A DNA stretch of 60,328 bases from an uncultured virus (IMG/VR IMGVR_UViG_3300022555_000019) (lineage: Duplodnaviria > Heunggongvirae > Uroviricota > Caudoviricetes). This document shows, in pieces, positions 10,339-20,431 of this stretch (position 1 is its first letter; each line of letters opens with the position of its first letter). The notes beneath the pieces are model-generated. The model did not search any database. It saw only the letters and a program-made list of their open reading frames with translations, and was not told where the DNA came from. The translations under genes were made by a program, and so were the position numbers. The DNA is taken from IMG/VR virus record IMGVR_UViG_3300022555_000019. One strand, written 5' to 3'.

Positions 10339-11276
10339 AGGTCAAATCTTGTGGTGATCATATTTTTTTTAATATCCTTCCATGTACCTTCTTTAATATC
10401 TTTATCACTTACTGGAGCCCCAAAACGAGTATTTGGTACAAAGTCTTTTACAACTATATTATCACCAGCCCCATTTTTAACAAGCATTTTTATACAATCA
10501 ATAGCATCTTCAGTCTTTTCACCTTTATAAATCCACGGTGAAAATTGAATTATTCCATTTTCATATTTTTTACTAAATCCTATATACCCACGAATAGTAT
10601 AATGATCATCAAAACAATCCACTTTTAAGGCAACATTTGTAGGATCATCACTCACCCTACCATTTGTATTCAAAATCAGTTCTTTTTCACTTGGGCTATA
10701 CATAAAGTACCTGTTTTTAATATCTTTAACATTAAATGATTGAATTTTGGTATCAATTAACATCGGTCCGTTTACAATTTCAACATAACGATCCTTATAA
10801 TAGATAAAATTTTCAAATATTGTGTTTCTTTCAAATCTATAATGATAGTTATCTAATTTTGTATTTTTCCCCGACACATCTATATAAGGAGCGTAATCTT
10901 CTTTTCCAGTATTATCAGATTTACCAAGAATTGTATATTTATATTTACCATTACTATTTTTAATTAAATCTATAATTTTTTTATTCATGTAATATGCCGC
11001 AGTTGATGCTGAATTTTTATTAGGTATACCAGTTTCAATCTTTACCCACTTATCCAGCAGCATAAATATTAATTTTGTTGCTGCTCCTTTTTCTTTTGAT
11101 TCTATATGTCTAATCAGCAAATCATTTTTGAGTTTTTTATCATTACTAACGGAGGCAACTATATTTCCATTATGATACAAGCACCAAGATGAATAGCCTT
11201 CTGAATATCCGCCCCAAGGATATTTTTCATATTTTACAGTATATTCAGAATTAACAAAATTTTCAAATGTCATCAT
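10335..11276 (-). CDS. CTS-like/FDL-tail protein, possibly with a GNAT-like first domain
   Basis: Start reassigned to MMTFENFVNSE (ATGA overlap); ends TTRFDL. Confidence 0.7.
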   Translation of the reverse strand: MMTFENFVNSEYTVKYEKYPWGGYSEGYSSWCLYHNGNIVASVSNDKKLKNDLLIRHIESKEKGAATKLIFMLLDKWVKIETGIPNKNSASTAAYYMNKKIIDLIKNSNGKYKYTILGKSDNTGKEDYAPYIDVSGKNTKLDNYHYRFERNTIFENFIYYKDRYVEIVNGPMLIDTKIQSFNVKDIKNRYFMYSPSEKELILNTNGRVSDDPTNVALKVDCFDDHYTIRGYIGFSKKYENGIIQFSPWIYKGEKTEDAIDCIKMLVKNGAGDNIVVKDFVPNTRFGAPVSDKDIKEGTWKDIKKNMITTRFDL

Positions 11277-11746
11277 ATTGTTGGCATATTTATAATATTC
11301 AATATTTCTATTGCTTTTTTCAAACATTTATCATCAAATCCTTTTGTTTGATCAACATGTACATATCGACTTACTTGAGAATATAATATGTCGGTACAGT
11401 CATCTATAATAACATAATTTTCGACATACTTATCAACTGTTGTATATTTTTTAATCCACTCCTTTATTTCACTACCTCTTGGGATTTCAACGCCATCAGC
11501 TTCAAACTTTTTATCGATTTTAAGCAACGGAGTAACATCTATTATTTCACCAACAATAAGATCACCAAGTTTGTTTTGAACGTAGTCCATACCATTTATT
11601 CTCCATCTTGATGATATTACTATATTGGCACCAGTTTTTTCAATTAATTCATTCAAATTATTGATACTTTTGGTGTCAATCCCTTTTCCACGAATTTTTT
11701 TAAGAACCCCATCAATATCAAGAAATATGACTTTAATTTTTATCAT
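11273..11746 (-). CDS. HAD-superfamily phosphatase (Swiss-army-knife RNA repair type)
   Basis: FLDIDGVL, VISSRWR, RGSEIKEW, YVIIDD motifs. Confidence 0.85.
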   Translation of the reverse strand: MIKIKVIFLDIDGVLKKIRGKGIDTKSINNLNELIEKTGANIVISSRWRINGMDYVQNKLGDLIVGEIIDVTPLLKIDKKFEADGVEIPRGSEIKEWIKKYTTVDKYVENYVIIDDCTDILYSQVSRYVHVDQTKGFDDKCLKKAIEILNIINMPTI

Positions 11747-12054
11747 ATGATATGATATGCTTTTACTTTTTGATCACCAGCTAAAGATTCATCTTTTTCA
11801 CACTTATCTATGAATCCCTGAGCTGTTAATTCATCAACTATTTCTTTTGGAATATCTGGAGCCATATAAAATTCATCATCATCCAAATTCTTCGTGTCTG
11901 GAGTCTCTATATCAAGTTGCTGGTATACATCATCATCTTTCATGAGATATACCCTCATATCGTCTCTTTTGAGGGTAAAAACGTTTTCTACGCCATCAAT
12001 TGTAATACTGACTGCGCCAGTTCGATAAGATTCAAATTTTTTTAGGTATTTCAC
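11743..12054 (-). CDS. Hypothetical protein with CTS-like N-terminus
   Basis: GTG start gives MKYLKKFESY, just downstream of a TATATA-type promoter. Confidence 0.65.
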   Translation of the reverse strand: MKYLKKFESYRTGAVSITIDGVENVFTLKRDDMRVYLMKDDDVYQQLDIETPDTKNLDDDEFYMAPDIPKEIVDELTAQGFIDKCEKDESLAGDQKVKAYHII

Positions 12055-12197
12055 GATTCTATATATAATTTTTAATTTTTTCATTTTTGTATAGTTGACA
12101 AATTGTCAAAACTTGTTGACAAATTGACACTATAACAAATAAAACATATCGTTGGTATGAAATTTGAAAAAGATTAAATAAAAAATAATATAAAACT

Positions 12198-12626
12198 ATG
12201 AACAGTATTGTTAAAAACACAGACTTGGGTAACTTCATCAATAAATTCTTTGGTGATGACTATTCCCACAAAATTTTTATGCCAAGCATCAATACACTTG
12301 GGCATTCAAATGTAATCGAAAATGAAAATGAGTTTTTGGTTGAAATGCTTGCTACTGGATTGAAAAAAGAAGATGTTAAAATCGATCTTGACAATGATGT
12401 ATTATCAATTTCAAGCATTAAGAAAGAATCAAAGGAAGAAAAAGGTGATAATTATTGCCGAAAAGAATTTCATTACGGTGAATTCGACAGAAGTTTTACA
12501 GTTCCAAAGACTATTGACAAGAAAAACATTTCGGCAAAAATGGAAGATGGCATTTTAACTGTAACTCTTCCAAAATTAACACCGACCGAAAAAAGTAACG
12601 AAAACATTTCAATTAAGATTCAGTAA
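12198..12626 (+). CDS. Small heat-shock protein (Hsp20/alpha-crystallin)
   Basis: GLKKEDVKI, EFHYGEFDRSF, AKMEDGILTVTLPK. Confidence 0.93.
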   Translation: MNSIVKNTDLGNFINKFFGDDYSHKIFMPSINTLGHSNVIENENEFLVEMLATGLKKEDVKIDLDNDVLSISSIKKESKEEKGDNYCRKEFHYGEFDRSFTVPKTIDKKNISAKMEDGILTVTLPKLTPTEKSNENISIKIQ

Positions 12627-12639
12627 ATGGATCATTGGT

Positions 12640-12665
12640 AAAAAAGGGGCGTGAGCCCCTTTTTT
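12640..12665. terminator. Bidirectional intrinsic terminator
   Basis: AAAAAAGGGGC-GTGA-GCCCCTTTTTT between convergent genes. Confidence 0.88.
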
Positions 12666-12669
12666 ATTT

Positions 12670-13294
12670 TTAATAACCTTGTTTTATAGCTTTTATTCGC
12701 ATATCAATTTCATTTTTTTCCTGCGCATATAAATTTTTAAATTTTGTTTGGACTGCCTGTGTAAGTGCATTTACTATATCATCATTAACTCTCGGACTCC
12801 ATCCACCATTAGCCATTGGGTCTTTAATTCCACCATATTTATTTATAATAGTGTGCATATACTTATCAAAATCCTGAATAGTTTGTGGAGCTGCTGGAGT
12901 TTTTGGAGCTGCTGGCTGGTGCTGGAGCTGGTGCTGGAGCTGCCGCTGGAGCTGGTGCTGCTGGAGCTGGTGCTGCCGCTTGATCTTCATACAGTTTTTC
13001 AATAGTTTCATTTAACCATTTCATATCAAAATTTTGATGAACTTTAACTTTGATCATTTCCAAAGTTAATATTCTTTCTTTAACACGAGCTTTATCAATA
13101 TAATTATTAATAGCTTCAACCAATTTTTCTTTACCATCAAGAGCTATATCAACATTCGAAAGTATCTCTGGATTTACACCAGACAATTTAACTGTTACAT
13201 TTTTTTCAATCAGCTCATACAGATCATTTTTGATCGGTTCTTTGATTCCATATTTTGGCTCTACTGATTCATTTAAACTACTAAATTTTTTCAT
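12670..13294 (-). pseudogene. Single gene frameshifted within a Pro-Ala linker (or assembly error)
   Basis: 12866..13294 reads ...APAPAPA then continues PAAPKTPAAP in another frame (12670..13011); break near 12916. Confidence 0.7.
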
Positions 13295-13312
13295 GTTTTG
13301 CTAATTATTTTT

Positions 13313-13567
13313 TTATTTATATGTATAACCTGTTCTCCAATCCCAACGAAGACCTGATAAAAGAATTGTTGTAAATTGAGTATTATATGTTTCTCCAGAA
13401 CCAGTTGGATATTGATTGTACAACACCCCACCGATAACAGATTTCTTTCTTATTGACCATTTGGGCTCATAATCTTGTGTCCCTGCTGGTGCATATCCAT
13501 AATAGGTGGTTCCTGTATTTGAATCGCCATTCCATGGGTCTATTCTTGATGGAAGATCGTATGCCAT
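13313..13567 (-). CDS. Hypothetical protein
   Basis: ORF with TAATATATA upstream. Confidence 0.7.
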   Translation of the reverse strand: MAYDLPSRIDPWNGDSNTGTTYYGYAPAGTQDYEPKWSIRKKSVIGGVLYNQYPTGSGETYNTQFTTILLSGLRWDWRTGYTYK

Positions 13568-13735
13568 AAAAACTGTTTTTTTCTTATATATTAATATTTA
13601 AAAGGCAAATTTTTTAATACAAAAAAAAACCCTTGGAATAATCCCCAAGGGTGTGTTTGTGATGAAATATTGATTGATTTATATCAGGCACCACTCACCA
13701 ATCAAAATCACAAACGATATCTTACAATCTATATA

Positions 13736-14494
13736 TTAATAAAGTTCTTTATATTTTGATTCATCAACTTCAATAAAATCAATAATATTTGAAATTGATT
13801 TAGATTTATTTTTCAAATAGTATTTTTCGGAAATTCTTAATAACCTTATGTTGTTAATTTGGCAATACTCCTTAAGCAATTGATCCTTTTTCTGAACTTC
13901 ATAAAATCTATCTGGCTGACCAAATCTATCATAAATTTCTTTATTAAAATGCCATACACCGTCATATTCAATTACAATATTTCTTTCTTTCATATAAATA
14001 TCAACCGATTTTCCATTTATTTTTCTATGAGCTAACACATTACTTGCCCCATATCTATCTTTTAATATTACTCTTAATGCTCGTTCCCCAACACTGGAGC
14101 TTCTTTTGTTATTGCCAGCCATTGTTAAATTTTGAATACTTTTATGATAATATGTCGGTGAAGTCTTCATTAATAATTTAATTTTATCACTCTGTTTTTT
14201 TGTAGATTCGGCATCATGAGTATTCGCACAAGATTTACAACAATAATACTTTTGTTTATTTGGGAATGTAAATTCCCGCTCCATAACCTCAAATTCTTTA
14301 TAGCAAACCCAGCAAGAAACTTTGAACGGCTTAATTTCGCCCAATTTTTCATCATTTATTTTTTTTCTCGATTGGCGTATCTTTTCACGATAATTATCTA
14401 AGAATATTTGATCCTTATGATTCCACCTTATATGATTGGCTTTTTTTGAATGACTATCAAAGATTTCTCCGCATTCACCACAAACATGCTCCAT
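13736..14494 (-). CDS. Free-standing putative homing endonuclease (Zn fingers plus Vsr/DUF559-like PD-(D/E)xK domain)
   Basis: C2H2 finger, YCCKSCA, VDIY...IVIEYDGVWH...KD...LLRI. Confidence 0.75.
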   Translation of the reverse strand: MEHVCGECGEIFDSHSKKANHIRWNHKDQIFLDNYREKIRQSRKKINDEKLGEIKPFKVSCWVCYKEFEVMEREFTFPNKQKYYCCKSCANTHDAESTKKQSDKIKLLMKTSPTYYHKSIQNLTMAGNNKRSSSVGERALRVILKDRYGASNVLAHRKINGKSVDIYMKERNIVIEYDGVWHFNKEIYDRFGQPDRFYEVQKKDQLLKEYCQINNIRLLRISEKYYLKNKSKSISNIIDFIEVDESKYKELY

Positions 14495-14529
14495 AAAATA
14501 ACATTTTTTGTGGTATATATAAAAAAAAT

Positions 14530-14552
14530 AAAAGCCCGAAATTCGGGCTTTT
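14530..14552 (-). terminator. Terminator after tmRNA
   Basis: AAAAGCCCGAA-ATTCGGGCTTTT. Confidence 0.85.
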
Positions 14553-14555
14553 ATG

Positions 14556-15146
14556 TGGAGCAGAAGGGATTCGCAATTTTCACTGATTTATCAGTGCTTA
14601 GACTATATCATCACCCAATATGGGTGTTGGGCACTCTTGATGGTCATTAAGAGGACTACACCTCTCCATTAGTCGTTGAACCGTCATGATGTGTACATCA
14701 TGCTTGGCTGCTGATTGCCATATATCATATGATACTTAGGTTTCCAGCAATTCACCCAATTTTTAACTCACTATTACTAATGAGTGGGTCCGATCTGAAC
14801 CCTTGTCCTACATAGTCTTTTGAAGACATCTACAAGTTTAGTACATTTCTTCCAAATGAACAAACTATATGATTTTTAGCGGTAATCATCAAATCCTCTG
14901 AACATTTTTGATTTAAATCACAAAATAGTTCACTAAAACGATTTCCTGGTTTTTTCCGAATTAGGCTACGAGAACTCTATTCTCAACTACAGTCCCAGCG
15001 ACTGACATTGTTGAGTTTGAATTTACGATATGCATGTGTGCTTCGCCATTTAAAATTTGTTCCTACTTATTTATCAATCGCATATTAGAAAAAGCGATAC
15101 TTGCAATCATTCGCATTACACTTTGCAGTCAAAACCGTACTGCCCC
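14556..15146 (-). ncRNA. ssrA: tmRNA interrupted by a group I intron
   Basis: 5' GGGGCAGUACGGUUUUGAC; 3' GGGUU^CGAAUCCCUUCUGCUCCA; G3.U70 pair; tag frame 15047..14961 after UAAAU. Confidence 0.93.
14574..14797 (-). mobile_element. Group I intron (224 nt, no ORF) in the tmRNA T-loop
   Basis: P1 GGGUUC/GGACCC with U.G at the splice site; P AAUUGCUGGAAA, Q AAUCAGCAGCC, R UUCAACGACUA, S GAUAUAGUC; terminal G. Confidence 0.93.
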
Positions 15147-15211
15147 ATAAATTAAAGAACATTTAATGATATATATAGTAATGTTTATAAGTTAAGTTTT
15201 TCCAAAAACAA

Positions 15212-15236
15212 AAAAACCCCGATTTTCGGGGTTTTT
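15212..15236 (-). terminator. Intrinsic terminator
   Basis: AAAAACCCCGA-TTT-TCGGGGTTTTT. Confidence 0.85.
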
Positions 15237-15255
15237 CTGGGTGTCAATTATAAAT

Positions 15256-15585
15256 TTACTTTATTTTATCCGCTAATTTATCAACTCTTGAATCTATTTT
15301 ACGATCCAATTCTGTCACATTTTCATCGATCTTTGTATGAAGTTCACCGATATGGCTATCCATTGTTCTATAAAGACCTTTTTCTTTTTCATCAATTGCA
15401 GCCCAAATATTCTTTTCTTTTTCATCCATGGCTGACCATATTGATCGAACCTCTTCTTCGTGATTACGATCATACACTTTTATAAATCTATTCGAGCGAC
15501 CAGACGCTAACCACAACCATACTAAAAGTACGACCAAACCAGCCCCCAACAACGTCAAACAAATCGTTATTAAAATTGTTGTCAT
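15256..15585 (-). CDS. Membrane-anchored coiled-coil protein
   Basis: N-terminal hydrophobic helix and 11-residue repeats. Confidence 0.75.
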   Translation of the reverse strand: MTTILITICLTLLGAGLVVLLVWLWLASGRSNRFIKVYDRNHEEEVRSIWSAMDEKEKNIWAAIDEKEKGLYRTMDSHIGELHTKIDENVTELDRKIDSRVDKLADKIK

Positions 15586-15643
15586 TTTGTTTTATTTTTT
15601 TTAGGTTATTGACACCCAAACTATATATTCAAAATGATAGGGC

Positions 15644-15973
15644 CTAAATGTTAAGTTTTTTCAATTTTAAACTTCGAAGTATAAATAAATATATTTGTTG
15701 TATACTTTTATCAACCTTAATATAAACTTTTAATTCATCTGGCGTAAAAAACATGGTATACATATTACGATCCAGTCTCATATATTTCTGGTATTCATCA
15801 ATTGAATCATTATCGTAGCACTCTAAAACTATTGCTGCTTTCCTTTCCAAATCCCTCCAAGCAGCGGCTTCTTCAAATCTTTGAGTTGTCACAAAATAAT
15901 TTTTAGCATCACGACAACTCTCCTGTATATCAAGAATTCTAAATCTTCTTCTTAATCTTTCGGGGGAATCCAT
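15644..15973 (-). CDS. Hypothetical protein (UVR-like helix pair; RxxKLxxL tail)
   Basis: QRFEEAAAWRD; ends RSLKLKKLNI. Confidence 0.7.
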   Translation of the reverse strand: MDSPERLRRRFRILDIQESCRDAKNYFVTTQRFEEAAAWRDLERKAAIVLECYDNDSIDEYQKYMRLDRNMYTMFFTPDELKVYIKVDKSIQQIYLFILRSLKLKKLNI

Positions 15974-15974
15974 A

Positions 15975-16253
15975 TTACTCAGCTCTGCTTCTCTTTTCTT
16001 CTAATGAAGTTAAAATCTTTTCTGCTGCTTTTTCAGCTTTTTCTCCAGATGTTTCATCTCTTGTTATGTCTAACAACATTAGAATTTTTTCTGCTGCTGT
16101 TTCTGCCTGTTCTCTTGATACTCTATGCCTATGATTATACGTTGACATCGTTCCCATGAAACCTTCGGAAGTACTCGTATATTCAAATTCAGTATTTTTA
16201 CGAATAATTGTGGCAATCTTGCCTTTCATTCGATCATAAATATATGCTTTCAT
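15975..16253 (-). CDS. Hypothetical protein
   Basis: ORF with duplicated AAEKIL; TAACTTTG 4 nt upstream of ATG. Confidence 0.7.
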   Translation of the reverse strand: MKAYIYDRMKGKIATIIRKNTEFEYTSTSEGFMGTMSTYNHRHRVSREQAETAAEKILMLLDITRDETSGEKAEKAAEKILTSLEEKRSRAE

Positions 16254-16262
16254 ATTACAAAG

Positions 16263-16655
16263 TTAACGATTTTTATTAATCTTTTCAAGTTTTTCTTTTC
16301 TTTCAAATGTTCTATAAGACTGACCGCTACGGGAAATGATAGACTTAAGCATTGTTATTCTACAACGATTAAATTCCCACGCCCCAAAACGTTTAATAAA
16401 TGCTTCAGAATTAATCCTTATTCTTTCCTGAACTGTTGACTTATCCCAGCAATCCTTACACATAAAGCTATAAGATTTTTCAGAATTATATCCAATTAAA
16501 TTGCCATGGCAACCATATGCTGGTTGATCCACATAAAATGTTATTGCTTGTCCTACGGTTAAAACTGGAAATGGTAGATTACACCCACGGCAATAAGGAT
16601 AATTCTTATATATTCTTCTTAATAAATTATTTAAAATCGGTACTTTTAAGTTCAT
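16263..16655 (-). CDS. Hypothetical Zn-finger protein with RxxKLxxI tail
   Basis: CRGC...CKDC; ends RKEKLEKINKNR. Confidence 0.7.
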   Translation of the reverse strand: MNLKVPILNNLLRRIYKNYPYCRGCNLPFPVLTVGQAITFYVDQPAYGCHGNLIGYNSEKSYSFMCKDCWDKSTVQERIRINSEAFIKRFGAWEFNRCRITMLKSIISRSGQSYRTFERKEKLEKINKNR

Positions 16656-16854
16656 TCAACTTAGTTTTAATATCATCTTCCCCCGTAAATGATGTTTCTG
16701 TATCATTTTCATCAATTAGAACTAATCTTGGCTCCCACCCGTCTTTAGTATTCTGTAAAATCGACATAGATTTATATCCGATTTTTTTTAATTTGTTGTC
16801 ATCAATTTCATAAATTAGTGCCATAATATCGGCATTTTGGATTAAACTTTTCAT
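16627..16854 (-). CDS. Hypothetical protein
   Basis: ORF in coupled operon. Confidence 0.65.
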   Translation of the reverse strand: MKSLIQNADIMALIYEIDDNKLKKIGYKSMSILQNTKDGWEPRLVLIDENDTETSFTGEDDIKTKLNELKSTDFK

Positions 16855-17225
16855 TTTACATATTTCATTATTTCTGTTTGAATATCATCTTTAGATATAT
16901 TTGGGTACTTCTCTTTTATGGCAATATATAAGCGATCAGCATCACCTCTAAGACTTTCAATATTTTCATAATATGGCTTGATAGAGTCCTGAATTTTTTT
17001 AATGCTTCGTTCAATATCAAGTAATCTATTATTTAATGTTAATGTTTTGCGAACATCACTCAAGTCTGGGTCCTTTATTATACTTTCAAGTTCTTTTTGA
17101 AATTCAACAATTTTGTTTTTTTCAACATCAACAAATTTTTCAAGACGAACTATTTCTTTCATATTTGAAAGATATATCTTTCTTATTCGCTCCGCTTCAG
17201 TAATGTATTGCTTAGGAATTGTCAT
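16851..17225 (-). CDS. Hypothetical coiled-coil protein
   Basis: ORF in coupled operon. Confidence 0.7.
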   Translation of the reverse strand: MTIPKQYITEAERIRKIYLSNMKEIVRLEKFVDVEKNKIVEFQKELESIIKDPDLSDVRKTLTLNNRLLDIERSIKKIQDSIKPYYENIESLRGDADRLYIAIKEKYPNISKDDIQTEIMKYVK

Positions 17226-17661
17226 CTTTGTGCTTATTTTTTTGTCTTCTTGGTGTTTTTTCTTTATTCAATTTCACAGTAGAATCTGTGTCATCAACTT
17301 GAGTCGCTAATTCTTTTCTTTTTTCGACCATAGCTTCAATATACTGGTCTTGATTCATCTGCTGAGTGCCACTTCTAAATTCTTTTGTTGAAGAGTTAAA
17401 TATATCATATTTTAACCTTTCCCATTCCCCAAGATTAACATCAATATCTTCAACTTTTTTGTTTAACTCATTATCATTGTATTCCTGAACCAATTGCCAA
17501 GTCGAATGCTCAAAGAAATATTCAATTAATAGTCCTTGAATTTCAGAAAAATCATTACTTTCTATGGCTCGGTCTATATAAAAATCTGATAACACACCAG
17601 CCATTTTTATGAGCTTCATTTTATACTCATTATACTTTCTACGTGATTCTAAATTATCCAT
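17212..17661 (-). CDS. Hypothetical protein
   Basis: ORF in coupled operon. Confidence 0.7.
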   Translation of the reverse strand: MDNLESRRKYNEYKMKLIKMAGVLSDFYIDRAIESNDFSEIQGLLIEYFFEHSTWQLVQEYNDNELNKKVEDIDVNLGEWERLKYDIFNSSTKEFRSGTQQMNQDQYIEAMVEKRKELATQVDDTDSTVKLNKEKTPRRQKNKHKDDNS

Positions 17662-18565
17662 CTTGTGATTGTTTTTTTCTTGGTTTTGGCGGAAGCTTCT
17701 TTTTTGTTTTTTTCAAAACAATAGCACCACCCTTCATTTCTTTATCAATAACATCTTTTAATTGTGCGTAAATTTCATTTTTTATCACTGTTGGGTCTTT
17801 TAAAAATTTATCTAAAATTATTTTAGCATAATAGTCTACAACATCAACATTAACATTATCCATAATTTCACTCATAAATGTTGGTTTTGGTATCATTTCC
17901 TCAATACTGAATGTTATAGTTACTGGATGGTTGCTCTTAAACATTTTGAATAATACCTGTAAAGGGTCCTGAGTTACTTGCTGTGTATGATGCTGACCTT
18001 GCGGGGCAGCTTGTCTATTATCAGTCAGTAAAGGATCAGCAGTTGGGTCGATCCTTTGAACCTCATCCCTTTCAATTGGTACTGCTTGTCCCTTCACAAT
18101 CTCATATTCTATTTCACCTTTTGCATTTTCCTTGAAATTTACAGTTTCTGGTACAGGTGAATTTGGGTTATTCCTCATCCACGTTTCTAATACCATTTTT
18201 CGCTGCTGATCACTTAACACGATACCTTCAGTATCTTCAATTTGTGGTGATAAAACTTTTTTTTCTGTTCTTGAATCATCGGACAGCACTTGAGCTGGCT
18301 TATATTTAACTCTTGTGTTTGTATCATTTTCACTTGTCATTTTTGCGGTATCCATACTCTTTATCTGATTCGCCAAGTTTACCAATGGATCAGCACTACT
18401 CCCAAGTTGTGGATTCAAAAAGGCGTTTGGATCAATCGACTCTTCGTATTTATTCGAAAAAATATTCTTTTTAATACTTGCCTTGTTACTTAAAACATAG
18501 TAATCAGCCTCTTCACGTACAATTTGAATGTGTTCACCTGTTACTTTATCCGTATACATATTCAT
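17654..18565 (-). CDS. Hypothetical protein
   Basis: 303-aa ORF with TAATATATA upstream. Confidence 0.75.
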   Translation of the reverse strand: MNMYTDKVTGEHIQIVREEADYYVLSNKASIKKNIFSNKYEESIDPNAFLNPQLGSSADPLVNLANQIKSMDTAKMTSENDTNTRVKYKPAQVLSDDSRTEKKVLSPQIEDTEGIVLSDQQRKMVLETWMRNNPNSPVPETVNFKENAKGEIEYEIVKGQAVPIERDEVQRIDPTADPLLTDNRQAAPQGQHHTQQVTQDPLQVLFKMFKSNHPVTITFSIEEMIPKPTFMSEIMDNVNVDVVDYYAKIILDKFLKDPTVIKNEIYAQLKDVIDKEMKGGAIVLKKTKKKLPPKPRKKQSQDG

Positions 18566-18645
18566 ACTAATATGGTTGTTTTTTAGATATATATTAAATA
18601 TATAGGTTTCTTCAAAAAAAGTTTCACAATTTAATATATAGATGT

Positions 18646-19068
18646 ATGATAACCACGTTTAAATTGTTCGAAAATCAATCATATTATTTGATAAACATAG
18701 ATTTATTTTGGCAAGCGTATAGGGAAAATTATTATTTATTATATCCAAATGAAAAAAAAATAGATGATTTATTTAAAATAATGTCATCATTTAGAAAAGA
18801 TATCGTAAAAACTTTAATTGGAAAACATGCTGAAGTAACAATAACCACTTCAGTACCAGATAATCAAACTTTAACTGGGAAAATCAATGATGTGTTTGTT
18901 AGATTCGATTCACACAGAAAAATCGATCCTAATTGGGAATTTAAAGTCAAAATAGATAAATCTGGATGGCTAATTCTCGATAGTCTTATGATAAAAATAT
19001 TCAGTCCAAAAACAGAATTTGAAAATAATATTTTTAAGTTCTTAAATTTTAAAAGATTTGATCTATGA
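18646..19068 (+). CDS. CTS-like/FDL-tail protein
   Basis: MITTFKLFEN...FKRFDL; paralog of next gene. Confidence 0.8.
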   Translation: MITTFKLFENQSYYLINIDLFWQAYRENYYLLYPNEKKIDDLFKIMSSFRKDIVKTLIGKHAEVTITTSVPDNQTLTGKINDVFVRFDSHRKIDPNWEFKVKIDKSGWLILDSLMIKIFSPKTEFENNIFKFLNFKRFDL

Positions 19069-19535
19069 TATATCTAAAACTTTTCGAAGAGTACCAAGGG
19101 TCACACCAATTAAATTTGAAATCTTTCTGGAATACGTACAGGGATAATTACGAACAATTATTTCCAGAAGTATATAAATTAGACCCAATTGACCCATGGT
19201 ATGTTAGAAATTTCGAAAAACGGATAAAAAATGAAATATTCTGGGAATATAGAAAGGATATGACCAACATACTTGTTAATAATGATGTTGGATTTACAGT
19301 TGGAAAGAAGGTTGTAGAATATAGAAAGATTCGTGGAATTGTCGATAATGTAAAGATTTTAAATAATGCATTCGATGGGCATGTTGGTGAATATCAGCCC
19401 GATCATATCATAAAGTTGAAGGACTCTACCAAATGGGGTAAAGTTAAAAATGGAACCATTAAAATATTTGCACCATTATCTGAATTAGAAACCAAAATTT
19501 TGCGAATTCAAACACAAAAAAGATTCGATTTGTAA
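19065..19535 (+). CDS. CTS-like/FDL-tail protein
   Basis: MIYLKLFEE...QKRFDL; shares FW..YR.NY..L with 18646..19068. Confidence 0.8.
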   Translation: MIYLKLFEEYQGSHQLNLKSFWNTYRDNYEQLFPEVYKLDPIDPWYVRNFEKRIKNEIFWEYRKDMTNILVNNDVGFTVGKKVVEYRKIRGIVDNVKILNNAFDGHVGEYQPDHIIKLKDSTKWGKVKNGTIKIFAPLSELETKILRIQTQKRFDL

Positions 19536-19553
19536 ATTTAATATATAGGTGTT

Positions 19554-20414
19554 ATGAGATATGTAGAATTGAAGCATAAGGGCCAAACAATCACTGAAAA
19601 ATGGAGAATTGAAGAAATTCTACTTGAAAATAAGTTTAATTGGGTATTAGACGCTGAAATCGAAAATGCCAGAATTGAAATTTTCGAAAAAGGTGAAACT
19701 AAATACTTTGTATGGAATTCTGGTACATGGTATAATGGAGATTGGTATTTTGGAGTTTGGAGAGACGGTGAATGGAAATATGGTACATGGAGAAATGGGG
19801 TTTGGAGAAATGGTAAGTGGAAAAACGGAACATTCAAATCTGGAATCATATACAAAGGTATTTTTATAAAAGGAAAAATTGAAAGCGGTGAAATAAGAGG
19901 TGGTCAATTTATTGATATTGAAATTGCTGAAGGTGTCACTGAATTAACGGAAGAAGAAACAATAAAAACTCAAATCGCAGTAGCACAAGTTCCACAAACT
20001 CAGCCGCAAGCTCAGCCAGTGCAACCTGTTCAACCAACCAGTGGGCAAACTCAAGTACAGCCAGCTCAAGTTCAAGCTCAGCCGCCAGTTAGTGGACAAA
20101 CACAGGAGCCCACTACACAAACTCAAGCACAACCAGTTCAACAGCAAAAGGAATCAAAAAATAATATAACAATCATGAAGAAAAATAGATTATCTGGGTT
20201 TATACAATTTGTAAATGAATCCACAGGAGATTTACAAGAAACATTTGTCAAAATAAAGGGTGAATTTTCAACCGTAGATATCAAACAAGAACCTGGAATT
20301 ATTATAATTGAAGCACCAAGTGAAGCCACTATCGATAATATCAAGAAGCAATATGGTGGGGAAGTTATAAATAAAAATGGGGTCTATTATCTTCATATAA
20401 AAGACAAAAAATAA
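19554..20414 (+). CDS. WxxGx pentapeptide-repeat protein with Gln/Pro linker
   Basis: WNSGTWYNGDWYFGVWRDGEWKYGTWRNGVWRNGKWKNG. Confidence 0.75.
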   Translation: MRYVELKHKGQTITEKWRIEEILLENKFNWVLDAEIENARIEIFEKGETKYFVWNSGTWYNGDWYFGVWRDGEWKYGTWRNGVWRNGKWKNGTFKSGIIYKGIFIKGKIESGEIRGGQFIDIEIAEGVTELTEEETIKTQIAVAQVPQTQPQAQPVQPVQPTSGQTQVQPAQVQAQPPVSGQTQEPTTQTQAQPVQQQKESKNNITIMKKNRLSGFIQFVNESTGDLQETFVKIKGEFSTVDIKQEPGIIIIEAPSEATIDNIKKQYGGEVINKNGVYYLHIKDKK

Positions 20415-20431
20415 TATTTTTGACATTACTT

